Position numbers and translations under genes: made by a program
Notes under the pieces: generated by a model
Seen by the model: only the letters and a program-made list of their open reading frames with translations
What the model was told of the DNA's origin: nothing
The model's database searches: none
Assembly (NCBI GenBank): GCA_039973685.1
Contig: JBDWKL010000037.1
Location: 11,942 to 75,941 of the forward strand
Direction of reading: 5' to 3'
Source: Hyphomicrobiales bacterium
GTDB taxonomy: Bacteria > Pseudomonadota > Alphaproteobacteria > Rhizobiales > JACESI01
Length of the DNA: 64,000 nt
Part shown: positions 10,575-20,055 of the stretch, piece by piece
How positions within the stretch are numbered: position 1 is the first letter of the stretch
How the letters are laid out: each line of letters starts with the position of its first letter

Positions 10575-12663
10575 GCCACACTTTACAATCGTGAAACGAG
10601 GCGCCACCAAAGGGTGCAACAGGACGCGCGGTGATCAATGTATTGATCCCCTCACCCTTCACATGCGCCTTGTTTGGCCAGATACCTTCTGCAATCAATG
10701 TTGATGGAACGAGCTTGTCAAAAAGCTTAGCGTGCAAGGTCACTTCGCCCAGCTCATTACCGACAATTACTTCATCGTCATTTGCAATATTATAGGTCGC
10801 CGCATCATCAGGATGGATCATCAATGTTGGACGCACTTCGCGTTTTTGGCCTGTTGGCGTTTCGGTGAATGACGAATTCAAAAACTGGCGTGCAGGCGAT
10901 GTCGCAAGATCAAAAGGATGCGCCTCATCACGCGTCTCATTCACCGCCCAATGGTCTGGCCATTCAGGCATCTCATCATGGGCGCCCATTTTTCCCATCC
11001 GCTCAGGCGATTTGAAGTTAGGTGTCACATCATCCCATTTCGGCTTGAAACGATACTTACCATCAGGCCAAGCAAAGCCATCTTTGTAATGAGCGCGGTC
11101 CTTGTCTTTTAGTAAATCTTGCCACGGATCATTCTCAATCGCATCAACACCTGGAAGGTTCGCCGTTTTGACGATTTTATCGACGTGCTCGCGAGCGGTC
11201 AGCTTAAATTCTGGGTCGTCTATGCCAAGACGTTGCACTAGACCAGTGACAACCTCATAATTCGATCGGCACCCCTCAGGCGGCTCCATGCCCTTTAAAC
11301 CCAGAGACATATGAGTATGACCACCGCTTCGGTAAATATCATCATGCTCTGTGAACATCGTTGCAGGCAGGACAATATCAGCAAGCTCTGCTGTTTCCGT
11401 CATAAATTGCTCATGGACGCAGACGAACAGATCATCGCGCATAAAGCCCTCTTTGACCTTTCGAAGATCGGGCGCCACAAGAGCGGGGTTGGTGTTTTGG
11501 ATAAACAGGCCAGTCACAGGCGGCCCGCCATAAAGATCCGCCTCTTCCCCACACAATACCGCGCCGATACGAGATTGATCGAGACTGCGGCGATTATCTT
11601 TCGCAAGTTCGTTGCCTTGGATAACATCATTGTTGATGGGATAGGCACCAGAATTAGATAACAGCGCGCCGCCGCCCTCATACTGCCAAGCGCCCATTAC
11701 CGCTGGAATTGAGGTGACAGCATGCATGTTGACGATGCCGTTTTGCTGGCGTGAAAAACCGTAACCGATGCGGAAGAAGGATTTTTTAGTTTTGCCAAGG
11801 AGAAGCGCAAGCTCTTCAATGGTTGCTACATCCAAACCTGTAATCTGCGCTGCCCATTCGGGCGTTTTGTCTTTCAGGTGCTTTTCAAAACCGCGCGGGT
11901 CATCGGTGAACTTTTCAAGAAAGTCCCAATCTGCATGGCCATCGCGGAATAAGATATGCATTAAGGCAGTGGCCAATGCGCCATCTGTTCCAGGCCTGAT
12001 GATGATTTTATGATCGGCCTGTTTCATTGTGCCGGTTTCATAAATATCGACCACCACAATTTTCGCGCCGCGTTCTTTGCGTGCCTTTATCGCGTGGGTC
12101 ATAACGTTGACCTGCGTTGTAACTGGGTTGGTTCCCCAAATAACAATACAATCAGATTGAGCCATCTCGCGCGGGTCTACGCCGCCAAGCCTGCCCGTAC
12201 CAACCGCATAACCTGCAAAGGCGGGCGTGGTGCAAATGGTTGAATGTTGTTTGGAATAACCCAGAACATTACGGAACCGATTGATGCAATCGCGTTGAAC
12301 CAACCCCATTGTGCCTGCGAAATAATAAGGCCAGATGGTTTCAGCACCATATTTCTCTGTGGCTTTCAAAAAAGCTTCGGCAACTTCGTCCAATGCATCT
12401 TCAAAAGCTAATTCTTGAAATTCACCGTCACCACGCGCACCAACGCGTCTGTAAGACTTGGTCAGACGGTCAGGATGGTGCACACGCTCGGCATAGCGCG
12501 ATACTTTGGCGCAAATAACGCCTGCCGTGTAGGTATTTTCGGCTGCTCCGCGCACCCGCGAAATCTGCTCGTTTTCATCGAGGTCAATTTTCAATCCACA
12601 AGTCGACGGACAATCGTGCGGGCAAGTGCTGGAAATTGTGCGAGGATCAACATTCTTATTCAT
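10558..12663 (-). CDS. Molybdopterin (bis-MGD) oxidoreductase family protein, single subunit, substrate unknown
   Basis: N-terminal Fe-S motif CPHDCPSTC...C, WGTNP, IRPGTDGAL, ADIVLPAT and a C-terminal IHPDDA domain; no Tat signal seen. Confidence 0.88.
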   Translation of the reverse strand: MNKNVDPRTISSTCPHDCPSTCGLKIDLDENEQISRVRGAAENTYTAGVICAKVSRYAERVHHPDRLTKSYRRVGARGDGEFQELAFEDALDEVAEAFLKATEKYGAETIWPYYFAGTMGLVQRDCINRFRNVLGYSKQHSTICTTPAFAGYAVGTGRLGGVDPREMAQSDCIVIWGTNPVTTQVNVMTHAIKARKERGAKIVVVDIYETGTMKQADHKIIIRPGTDGALATALMHILFRDGHADWDFLEKFTDDPRGFEKHLKDKTPEWAAQITGLDVATIEELALLLGKTKKSFFRIGYGFSRQQNGIVNMHAVTSIPAVMGAWQYEGGGALLSNSGAYPINNDVIQGNELAKDNRRSLDQSRIGAVLCGEEADLYGGPPVTGLFIQNTNPALVAPDLRKVKEGFMRDDLFVCVHEQFMTETAELADIVLPATMFTEHDDIYRSGGHTHMSLGLKGMEPPEGCRSNYEVVTGLVQRLGIDDPEFKLTAREHVDKIVKTANLPGVDAIENDPWQDLLKDKDRAHYKDGFAWPDGKYRFKPKWDDVTPNFKSPERMGKMGAHDEMPEWPDHWAVNETRDEAHPFDLATSPARQFLNSSFTETPTGQKREVRPTLMIHPDDAATYNIANDDEVIVGNELGEVTLHAKLFDKLVPSTLIAEGIWPNKAHVKGEGINTLITARPVAPFGGASFHDCKVWLKRAI

Positions 12664-12859
12664 TACAATGCCTTATAGAATCACCGTATTCTCAAACAGA
12701 TTAAGGTGACAATAGAACATAACCATTTTTCGCACGAAACCAAGCGATGTTCCTATTTGGCGCTTTATAATCAATTGTTCAAAGGTCTCAATTTACGCTA
12801 TTGACCAATCATGTTGCCTGTCGCATTTTGTTGCGACTCTATAAAAGTTGGATATTGCC

Positions 12860-13306
12860 ATGCAAATTTCAAAGTTGTTTTTAGCAACGGCCCTTATCAT
12901 TAGCAGCAGCAGCGCTTTTGCTGATTATTCCGATCCGCCAAAAGTTGAGGCTGGCCTGAAAGGTGAAGGCAAAGTTCCTCAGTGTGATGATGCAAAAGTC
13001 TTGAAAAAGATCACCAAGAAATTCGCCAAGATCAATATCCGCTATAATGACCCTAAAACTGCATTCACAGAGATTGAACATGTCCGTGAGACGTCCTTTG
13101 TATCGAATCCAACAGATCAAAACGACCGTCGTTTTTGCAAAGCACATGTTCATCTAACAAGCGGCAAGCACCCAAGCATGTTCTACCTTATACAAGAACA
13201 CGAAGGCTTGGCCTCCCTTGGTTGGGGCGTTGAGTATTGTGTCATCGGGCATGATTTCGAACGCGAACATGGCGCCAATTGCCGTTCATTGAAAGCGCCG
13301 TTCTAA
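12860..13306 (+). CDS. Exported hypothetical protein with four Cys residues
   Basis: Signal-peptide-like N-terminus (SKLFLATALIISSSSAFA|D). Four Cys in the mature part suggest disulfides. Confidence 0.75.
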   Translation: MQISKLFLATALIISSSSAFADYSDPPKVEAGLKGEGKVPQCDDAKVLKKITKKFAKINIRYNDPKTAFTEIEHVRETSFVSNPTDQNDRRFCKAHVHLTSGKHPSMFYLIQEHEGLASLGWGVEYCVIGHDFEREHGANCRSLKAPF

Positions 13307-13317
13307 AGGCGATAAGA

Positions 13318-14370
13318 ATGTTCACCCTTTCAAACAAGACTGCCGTCCTTGCCCTCTTGGTCGGGCTTGGCATGAGCCTGCCAGCAAAAGCACAAGACGC
13401 AAATTTTAAAGACTGGTCTGTTTCCTGCGATGAGGCAGACTATTGCGAAGCAAGCACTAGTGATACCAAGAAAATGGCTGGCCCATTGCGTATTGCTCGC
13501 TTGTTAAAGGGTAATGCGGTTTGGGAAATTTCGGTTGAACTGGATGAATCTGCCAGCCCAATCTTGAGGCCAACACAGCTGCGAATAGCAGGCCAACGCA
13601 CCAACCGCCTTTCCCCAAAGCGTGATTTTGCGACTTTCGGTAGTTCAAACCGATTTCACCTTGTCAATTCAGCCTCGCTGCAACCGTTGTTTCGCCGCAT
13701 GATTGAAAGTCGGCGGATGTTTGCCTCATTCAGCAATGGGACGACCCAACGTATCGAGGCAAGCTATTCGCTCAATGGGCTATCAGCTGCCCTTTTGTAT
13801 ATTGATGACAAGCAACAACGGCTCGGTTCCCCGCGCATTGCTGGACCTCCGACAGGTGACCGCGTTGTAGCCAAAGCGCCTAAAAACTCTGAAAGCCCAA
13901 AAAGCAATGAACCGATAGATATTGCTAGAATCGCCGAAGCAGAACACGAAAGAACCAAAGACCGCGAAGAATGCGATATTGATGGCGCGGCAAGTTATGC
14001 GCTTGGCACGGCAATTAGCACGCTTGATGATAAAAATTCAGTCGCCGTCGTTCCCTGCTCCGCGCACGCGTACAACGTCACCTTCAATGTCTATGTCATT
14101 GACCATGAGACAAAAGCGGCGAAGCGCCAGCAATGGGCCGTTTATTCAGGCTTTACAGGCTGGATTGGAACAGATCGCCTGACAAATGTGAATTTTGATC
14201 AAGAAACTAAAGAGCTTTTCATGGTCCATAAAGGCCATGGCGCGGGAGATTGCGGCATGACTGGCCTTTGGAAATGGGGCGAATACGGCTTCAAAATGGT
14301 CTCGTTCCACGCAAAAGACGACTGCGATGGCAAGAACGATGACTGGCCTCAAGTGTTTCCTGTCGAATAA
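13318..14370 (+). CDS. Exported protein, DUF1176-like
   Basis: Signal peptide ending AKA|Q, followed by FKDWSVSCD..YC, SLNGLSAALLYIDDKQQR, C..AYN and KG.G.GDCG motifs that I recognise from DUF1176. Confidence 0.75.
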   Translation: MFTLSNKTAVLALLVGLGMSLPAKAQDANFKDWSVSCDEADYCEASTSDTKKMAGPLRIARLLKGNAVWEISVELDESASPILRPTQLRIAGQRTNRLSPKRDFATFGSSNRFHLVNSASLQPLFRRMIESRRMFASFSNGTTQRIEASYSLNGLSAALLYIDDKQQRLGSPRIAGPPTGDRVVAKAPKNSESPKSNEPIDIARIAEAEHERTKDREECDIDGAASYALGTAISTLDDKNSVAVVPCSAHAYNVTFNVYVIDHETKAAKRQQWAVYSGFTGWIGTDRLTNVNFDQETKELFMVHKGHGAGDCGMTGLWKWGEYGFKMVSFHAKDDCDGKNDDWPQVFPVE

Positions 14371-14519
14371 TACACAACTGAATTAGGATAACTTTCGGCT
14401 ATTGCTGACATTTTTATGGGAAGGAGTTGAAAGCTTCCTATATTAAGTTATAAGCCAATTGTTAGATTGGTGGGTCAAACAACTGGCTCTCTTTAGCTCA
14501 CTCAGGATCTTAGCCCTAC

Positions 14520-15476
14520 ATGGAATTCGCGCTCTATCTCATTGCCGGCTTCGTGATATTGATCATTGCAGGCGACATCCTTGTGCGTGGTGCCGTTTCT
14601 TTGGCAGAACGCTTTGGCATCCCAAGCATCGTTATTGGTCTGACCATCGTTGCTTTTGGCACCTCTGCTCCTGAACTAGTGATCTCTCTTAAAGCCGCTT
14701 TGACGGGACATGGTGAAATTTCCATCGGTAATGTGGTTGGCAGTAATGTCGCCAATGTTTTGTTGGTGCTCGGCATGCCTGCCCTTATCAAGGCTATTCC
14801 CTGCGGTGGTGAAGGTTCTGTTCGTAACGCAGTCTTTATGGTGATTGTCACCGTTGTTTTCATCGTCTGCTTCTGGTTTCAGCCATTTACCTATATCCAC
14901 GGCATCATCTTGCTTTCTTTGCTTGTGGTCTTTTTGGCGGACAGCGTACGCTTTTCAAAAGCTCAGCGCGCTAAAGGCATCGAGGTTGAAGACCCACTTG
15001 ATGAAGTTGACGGAAAGACCAACAGCCTTGGGCTTGCAATTGGTTTTTTGGTTGTAGGCATTATCGGTTTGCCGTTGGGAGGCCATTTGGCCATTGATGG
15101 TGCAATTGGTATTGCGCGTATCTTTGAAGTGTCAGAAGCGGCCATCGCCTTGACAATTATTGCACTTGGCACCTCGCTCCCAGAATTGGTAACAGCGCTT
15201 ATTGCTGCCCGCAAAGGTCATACTGAACTTGCGATGGGTAATGTGATTGGCTCTAACGTATTCAACATCTTGGCGATCATCGGCACGACGGCGCTCGTAA
15301 CGCCAATCAGCGCCCCAGAACGCATGATCAACTTTGATATTTGGGTTATGGTTGCTGCATCGGTGTTCTTGCTGCCCTTCGTCTTTTTCTGCATTCCGAT
15401 CAGACGTCGATTTGGCGCGCTCATGCTCTTGGCTTACGCGGCCTACATGGTGTCTGTGTTTTATATGGAGGCTTAA
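14520..15476 (+). CDS. Calcium/sodium antiporter (CaCA family, YrbG-like)
   Basis: Two alpha repeats: GTSAPEL...GNVVGSN and GTSLPEL...GNVIGSN. Confidence 0.95.
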   Translation: MEFALYLIAGFVILIIAGDILVRGAVSLAERFGIPSIVIGLTIVAFGTSAPELVISLKAALTGHGEISIGNVVGSNVANVLLVLGMPALIKAIPCGGEGSVRNAVFMVIVTVVFIVCFWFQPFTYIHGIILLSLLVVFLADSVRFSKAQRAKGIEVEDPLDEVDGKTNSLGLAIGFLVVGIIGLPLGGHLAIDGAIGIARIFEVSEAAIALTIIALGTSLPELVTALIAARKGHTELAMGNVIGSNVFNILAIIGTTALVTPISAPERMINFDIWVMVAASVFLLPFVFFCIPIRRRFGALMLLAYAAYMVSVFYMEA

Positions 15477-16241
15477 ATGTCTACCCCAATCAAAACAGCC
15501 CTCATAACAGGCGGCGCGAAGCGCATTGGCCTTGCCATTTCAGAAAACCTAGCCGCAAACGGATGGACACTCGCCATTCATTGCAATTCATCGGCTGCAG
15601 CTGGCAACGACCTTGCCGAGCGCATTCGTGCTAAAGGCGGCAAAGCCCATGTGGTTGTTGCAGACCTTGGTAATCACGACGCTGTTCAAGGTATCGTGCC
15701 TGAAGCGGTTGAAGCCCTTGGCCCGATCGACCTACTTGTCAACAATGCTTCTATCTTTGAAGCTGACGAGATTGCCTCTACGAGCGAAGCCGTATGGGAC
15801 ATGCATATGGCCATCAACCTAAAAGCGCCGTCGTTTCTGGTCCAAGCTTTCGTCAAGCAATTGCCAGACGGTATGGCGGGCAATGTGGTCAACATCATTG
15901 ATCAACGTGTTTTGAAGATTACGCCTGAGTTTTATAGCTACCAGCTCACCAAGAGCGCTCTATGGGTGGCAACACGCACACTTGCGCAGTCTCTCGCGCC
16001 CAATATTCGCGTCAACGCCATTTCCCCCGGCCCCACCATTCAAAACGCCAGACAGTCCCCTGAGGACTTTCAGGCGCAGCTTGACGGTATCTTGTTGAAA
16101 AAAGGTGCTGAGCTAGAAGAATTTGGCAACACAATACGCTATCTTGTCGAGACACCATCAATCACTGGCCAGATGATTTGTCTTGATGGTGGGCAACATT
16201 TGGCATGGGAAACCCCAGATGTTGCAGGCATAGCTGAGTGA
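15477..16241 (+). CDS. SDR family oxidoreductase (pteridine reductase-like)
   Basis: [14 protein letters not shown] and YQLTK (YxxxK) motifs; common neighbour upstream of uvrC. Confidence 0.9.
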   Translation: MSTPIKTALITGGAKRIGLAISENLAANGWTLAIHCNSSAAAGNDLAERIRAKGGKAHVVVADLGNHDAVQGIVPEAVEALGPIDLLVNNASIFEADEIASTSEAVWDMHMAINLKAPSFLVQAFVKQLPDGMAGNVVNIIDQRVLKITPEFYSYQLTKSALWVATRTLAQSLAPNIRVNAISPGPTIQNARQSPEDFQAQLDGILLKKGAELEEFGNTIRYLVETPSITGQMICLDGGQHLAWETPDVAGIAE

Positions 16242-18181
16242 ATGACAAAACCGAATATGTAGTCCAAAACGAAGAAGGCATTGAACGCACGCTAAAAACT
16301 GGCGCGGCGATTATTGCTGATTTCGTCACACGCTTGCCAAATGCCCCTGGCGTTTATCGCATGATCAACGATGAGGGTGATGTGCTTTATGTGGGCAAAG
16401 CACGCTCGCTCAAAAAACGGGTTTCAAACTACACCAAGCCAAATGGCCTTTCCACGCGCATCATTCGCATGGTGCAGGCAACCGCGACGATGGAATTTGT
16501 CACCACGAAGACAGAGACCGAGGCGCTACTTCTTGAAGCAAATCTGATCAAACGCTTCCGCCCGCGTTTCAATGTGCTTTTGCGGGACGATAAGTCGTTT
16601 CCCTATATTCTCATTTCAAAAGACCATGAAGCACCGCAAATCACCAAGCATCGCGGCGCTCGACAACGCAAGGGCCGTTACTTCGGGCCGTTTGCAGCCG
16701 CTTGGGCCGTGGATAAAACCATCAACTCGCTACAAAAAGCGTTCTTGCTGCGCTCTTGCACAGACAGCGTTTATGACAGCCGCTCGCGTCCATGCTTGCT
16801 TTATCAAATCAAACGCTGTTCTGGTCCCTGCACAGGCGAAATCAGCACTGATAATTACCGTGACCTTGTCTCATCCGCCGAAGATTTTCTCTCAGGCAAA
16901 TCAAGCACCATCAAAAAGAAACTCGCGGCACAAATGGAAGAAGCCTCCGAGCGTCTCGATTTTGAACAAGCCGCCATCTACCGCGACCGCCTCTCCTCGC
17001 TCTCCGTGATCCAAAGTCACCAAGGCATCAATCCGCAAACGATTGAAGAAGCCGACGTCTTCGCGATCCACCAAGAAGGCGGGCAAGCTTGTGTGCAGGT
17101 GTTCTTCTTCCGCACAGGGCAAAACTGGGGCAACCGCGCCTATTTCCCGCGCGTTGATAAGAGCGACACACCTGACACCATCCTCAGCGCCTTTCTAGCC
17201 CAGTTTTATGACGACAAGCCCTGCCCGCGCCAAATTCTGTTAGGCGTTGATTTTGACGAGCGTGAGCTGCTTCAAGAAGCCCTGACGGGGAAGAGTGAGC
17301 ACAAGGTCACGGTTCTCGTGCCAAAGCGCGGTGAAAAGCGCGAGGTGGTGCAAGACGCGACAGACAACGCCCGCAAGGCGTTAGAGCGCAAGCTTGCTGA
17401 AAGCTCCACCCAATTGAAACTCCTTGAAGGCGTGCGCGAGGTCTTCGGCCTTGAAGAAATGCCGCGCCGTATCGAGGTTTATGATAACTCGCACATTATG
17501 GGCACCAATGCTGTCGGCGGCATGATTGTCGCGGGGCCGGAAGGGTTCGTGAAAGGGCAATATCGCAAGTTCAACATTAAAGACGAGAGCATCGAACCGG
17601 GTGATGATTACGGCATGATGCGCGAAGTGCTGCGCCGCCGCTTTCAACGCCTCATCAAAGACGAACCGCGCGAGAAAACATCAACCAACCAAGATGAAGA
17701 CGCGCCCGCCCCTTCCAACGAGGATGCAACGGGATGGCCCGACCTTGTGGTGATTGATGGCGGCAAAGGACAACTGAGCGCCGTGCAAGAAACCTTCGCA
17801 GAACTGGGCGTAACCGACGTGCCGCTGGTGAGCATTGCCAAAGGCGTGGAACGGGACGCAGGCCGCGAACGCTTCCACATGCCAGATCGCGAACCCTTCA
17901 TGCTGCCAGAGCGCGACGCCGTGCTCTATTTCGTGCAACGCCTCCGCGACGAAGCCCACCGCTTCGCCATAGGCACCCACCGCGCCAAGCGCAAAAAAGA
18001 CATGATCAAAAACCCGCTCGATGAGATTGAGGGTATCGGTCCGAAGAGGAAACGAGCGTTGTTAAAGCACTTCGGTTCCGCCAAGGGGGTAAGCCGTGCT
18101 GGGATTGATGATTTACTTGAGGTGGACGGGATAAATGAGGCCACGGCGCAGGTGATTTATGGGTTTTTTAATGCGGGGTGA
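16238..18181 (+). CDS. uvrC: Excinuclease ABC subunit C
   Basis: GIY-YIG domain (PGVYRM, LYVGKA), Cys cluster, [24 protein letters not shown] and a C-terminal HhH domain (GIGPKR). Confidence 0.98.
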   Translation: MNDKTEYVVQNEEGIERTLKTGAAIIADFVTRLPNAPGVYRMINDEGDVLYVGKARSLKKRVSNYTKPNGLSTRIIRMVQATATMEFVTTKTETEALLLEANLIKRFRPRFNVLLRDDKSFPYILISKDHEAPQITKHRGARQRKGRYFGPFAAAWAVDKTINSLQKAFLLRSCTDSVYDSRSRPCLLYQIKRCSGPCTGEISTDNYRDLVSSAEDFLSGKSSTIKKKLAAQMEEASERLDFEQAAIYRDRLSSLSVIQSHQGINPQTIEEADVFAIHQEGGQACVQVFFFRTGQNWGNRAYFPRVDKSDTPDTILSAFLAQFYDDKPCPRQILLGVDFDERELLQEALTGKSEHKVTVLVPKRGEKREVVQDATDNARKALERKLAESSTQLKLLEGVREVFGLEEMPRRIEVYDNSHIMGTNAVGGMIVAGPEGFVKGQYRKFNIKDESIEPGDDYGMMREVLRRRFQRLIKDEPREKTSTNQDEDAPAPSNEDATGWPDLVVIDGGKGQLSAVQETFAELGVTDVPLVSIAKGVERDAGRERFHMPDREPFMLPERDAVLYFVQRLRDEAHRFAIGTHRAKRKKDMIKNPLDEIEGIGPKRKRALLKHFGSAKGVSRAGIDDLLEVDGINEATAQVIYGFFNAG

Positions 18182-18216
18182 ATTGAGGCATATAAATCTC
18201 AATCGCCTTCACAAAA

Positions 18217-18975
18217 CTAACGAATAAGGTTTTCAATAAACCCAATCGCGATCGCATGCTCGCGGGTTTTCGCATTTAATTTCTGTTTGATTGACTTGAT
18301 ATGAAAATTTACCGTGTCGTTTGTAATGTTCATCTTATGCGCGATACGGTCAACACGAAGACCATTTGCAAGCCAGTTTAATGTTTCAAGCTCTCGAACT
18401 GTTAGCCGTTGAGCGTCGTCATTTAGTGGCACCCAATTTTCCATCCCACGACGCTCAAAAAGAAGTTTCGGCATGAAACTTTGCGCTAGAGAGGTTGCAA
18501 GCACCACGTCTTCTTCAATCTCCGCGAAGAAAGGTAGAAAATCATCAGTCTCCAAACTGCTACCAAGATTAAAGGCTACGGCTTGTCCGGGGTAATTTTG
18601 GCGAAATGGCGTTTCATAGGAACAACGTAACCCAAAATTCGCGGCTTCGTTAAGCATCTCTCGTGCAAGAGGGTTATCTAGGCCCGGAAGTTTGTCGATT
18701 GTTTTGGAGCAATAAAGAAGGTTGTCGTCAGATTCGAGCGCATAACGCACCATTGGATCAACACCGCCATATCGCTCTGCATACAGGCGCATCCATTCAT
18801 CGCTCATATTGGTAAAGAACCCTCGGGGCAAACCCGTTAATGTATCGACGACGCCAAAATTTACGACATCAAATCCCAGATCAGTAAAATGACCTTCAAT
18901 AGCCATCCAAGTATCGCGACTTGTCTGCGCACCTAAGATTTTGCTCAAAAAATCTTGTGTTGCATATGTCCCCAT
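18217..18975 (-). CDS. LuxR-family transcriptional regulator with autoinducer-binding domain (apparent LuxR solo)
   Basis: N-terminal W61-x3-Y65, D73-P74 and G115 match the autoinducer-binding pocket pattern. C-terminal HTH: LTVRELETLNWLANG..IAHKMNIT..TVNFH..IKQKL. Confidence 0.92.
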   Translation of the reverse strand: MGTYATQDFLSKILGAQTSRDTWMAIEGHFTDLGFDVVNFGVVDTLTGLPRGFFTNMSDEWMRLYAERYGGVDPMVRYALESDDNLLYCSKTIDKLPGLDNPLAREMLNEAANFGLRCSYETPFRQNYPGQAVAFNLGSSLETDDFLPFFAEIEEDVVLATSLAQSFMPKLLFERRGMENWVPLNDDAQRLTVRELETLNWLANGLRVDRIAHKMNITNDTVNFHIKSIKQKLNAKTREHAIAIGFIENLIR

Positions 18976-19030
18976 ATCAACCCCAAATATTCGTAAAAAT
19001 ATAAATACAAAAATAGTAACCTGAACATGT

Positions 19031-19050
19031 TCCTACCAAATTATGTAGCT
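19031..19050 (+). promoter_or_regulatory. Putative lux-box-like operator TCCTACCAAATTATGTAGCT
   Basis: CT-N12-AG at 19033-19048 with a CTAC/GTAG dyad, lying between luxR and a divergent terminated unit. Confidence 0.5.
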
Positions 19051-19082
19051 TACATACAATAAAAAACATGTGATTATTGGAT

Positions 19083-19315
19083 TCATAACAACGACTTTTT
19101 GAAATGGTTCATATGACTAATTTTCTCAAAGTCAGATTCGCAACAACCATTGGCCCAACAAGGCCTTTTTCTAGGGAGCATAAAAAATCTCATCGCCTTG
19201 GGCCGTGTAAAACACTTGAAACCCTCTATCACCCTCCTTTGGACACAACGAATACTAAAGAAACCTCATACTAGGTTTAGAAGAAAGGGATCGATCTTAT
19301 GATCGGTCCCTTTTG
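19083..19315 (+). ncRNA. Candidate small RNA (~230 nt; 5' end inferred), possibly dual-function
   Basis: Several stem-loops, tandem ACCCTC motifs including anti-SD CCCTCCTTT at 19232-19240, and a closing intrinsic terminator. No ORF of 60 aa or more. Confidence 0.45.
19284..19315 (+). terminator. Rho-independent terminator
   Basis: AAAGGGATCGATC-TTAT-GATCGGTCCCTTT: 13-bp stem with one U-G pair, running into a T tract. Confidence 0.85.
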
Positions 19316-19482
19316 GATTTTCCACCTAAAAAGCCTGACGCCTCACACCCTATTTCGCGAATTACCACGCAACAAAATCAAGCCAGAACTTCTCCCCCCA
19401 ATCACCAAATTGTTCCCCCACACCCTACCAAATCATGCAACAAAGGACGCCTTACTAAACTAAACTTTGAGGCCTCCCTTTT

Positions 19483-20040
19483 ATGACTGACTTTACGACC
19501 CACACGATTGAATCTGCTCCTGAATCTGCGAAACCTTTTCTCGAAGGTGCCAAGGGGAAATATCAATTCGTGCCAAACCTTCTTGGCAATATGGCTGAAT
19601 CCCCTGTTATGCTTGAAGCTTACATGAAGCTTGCGGGCCTGTTCGGGAAATCTGATTTTTCTGAGACTGAGCGCCAAGTCATTTTGATGACCAATAACCG
19701 TTTGAATGGGTGTAAATACTGCATGGCAGCGCATACGACTGTTTCTCAAATGAGCGGTGTGCCAGCTGATGTGATTGAAGCCTTGCGTGCGGGTAGCGCC
19801 ATCGCAGACAGCAAGCTTGAAGCGCTTCGTCAGTTCTCAATCGTTATGAACGAAACACGTGGCAACCCAGCCAAAGCTGATCTCGATGCCTTCTTCGCAG
19901 CCGGATACAGCAAAGAAAATGTCTTTGAGGTTATCGTCGGCACAGCCTTCAAAGTAATGTCCAACTACACAAACCACATTGCAGAAACAGAAGTAGACGC
20001 GCCGTTTGCCGTCAATGCATGGTCTGCTGACAACGCTTAA
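19483..20040 (+). CDS. Carboxymuconolactone decarboxylase / AhpD-like peroxidase family protein
   Basis: FVPNL..MAESP, ERQVI and NGCKYCMAAH (CxxC..H) motifs; SNYTNH near the C-terminus. Confidence 0.9.
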   Translation: MTDFTTHTIESAPESAKPFLEGAKGKYQFVPNLLGNMAESPVMLEAYMKLAGLFGKSDFSETERQVILMTNNRLNGCKYCMAAHTTVSQMSGVPADVIEALRAGSAIADSKLEALRQFSIVMNETRGNPAKADLDAFFAAGYSKENVFEVIVGTAFKVMSNYTNHIAETEVDAPFAVNAWSADNA

Positions 20041-20055
20041 TGTTGATTATTTGAT

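Noticed and set aside
14453..14488. Riboswitch in front of the Ca/Na antiporter
   Set aside because: Only one imperfect hairpin (AGCCAATTGTT/AACAACTGGCT) is visible, with no aptamer consensus I can recognise.
19083..19482. A degraded luxI next to luxR
   Set aside because: The 56-codon ORF shows no LuxI-like motif (R..VF...LGW), and the segment is closed by an intact terminator. A tBLASTn search would be needed to exclude it fully.
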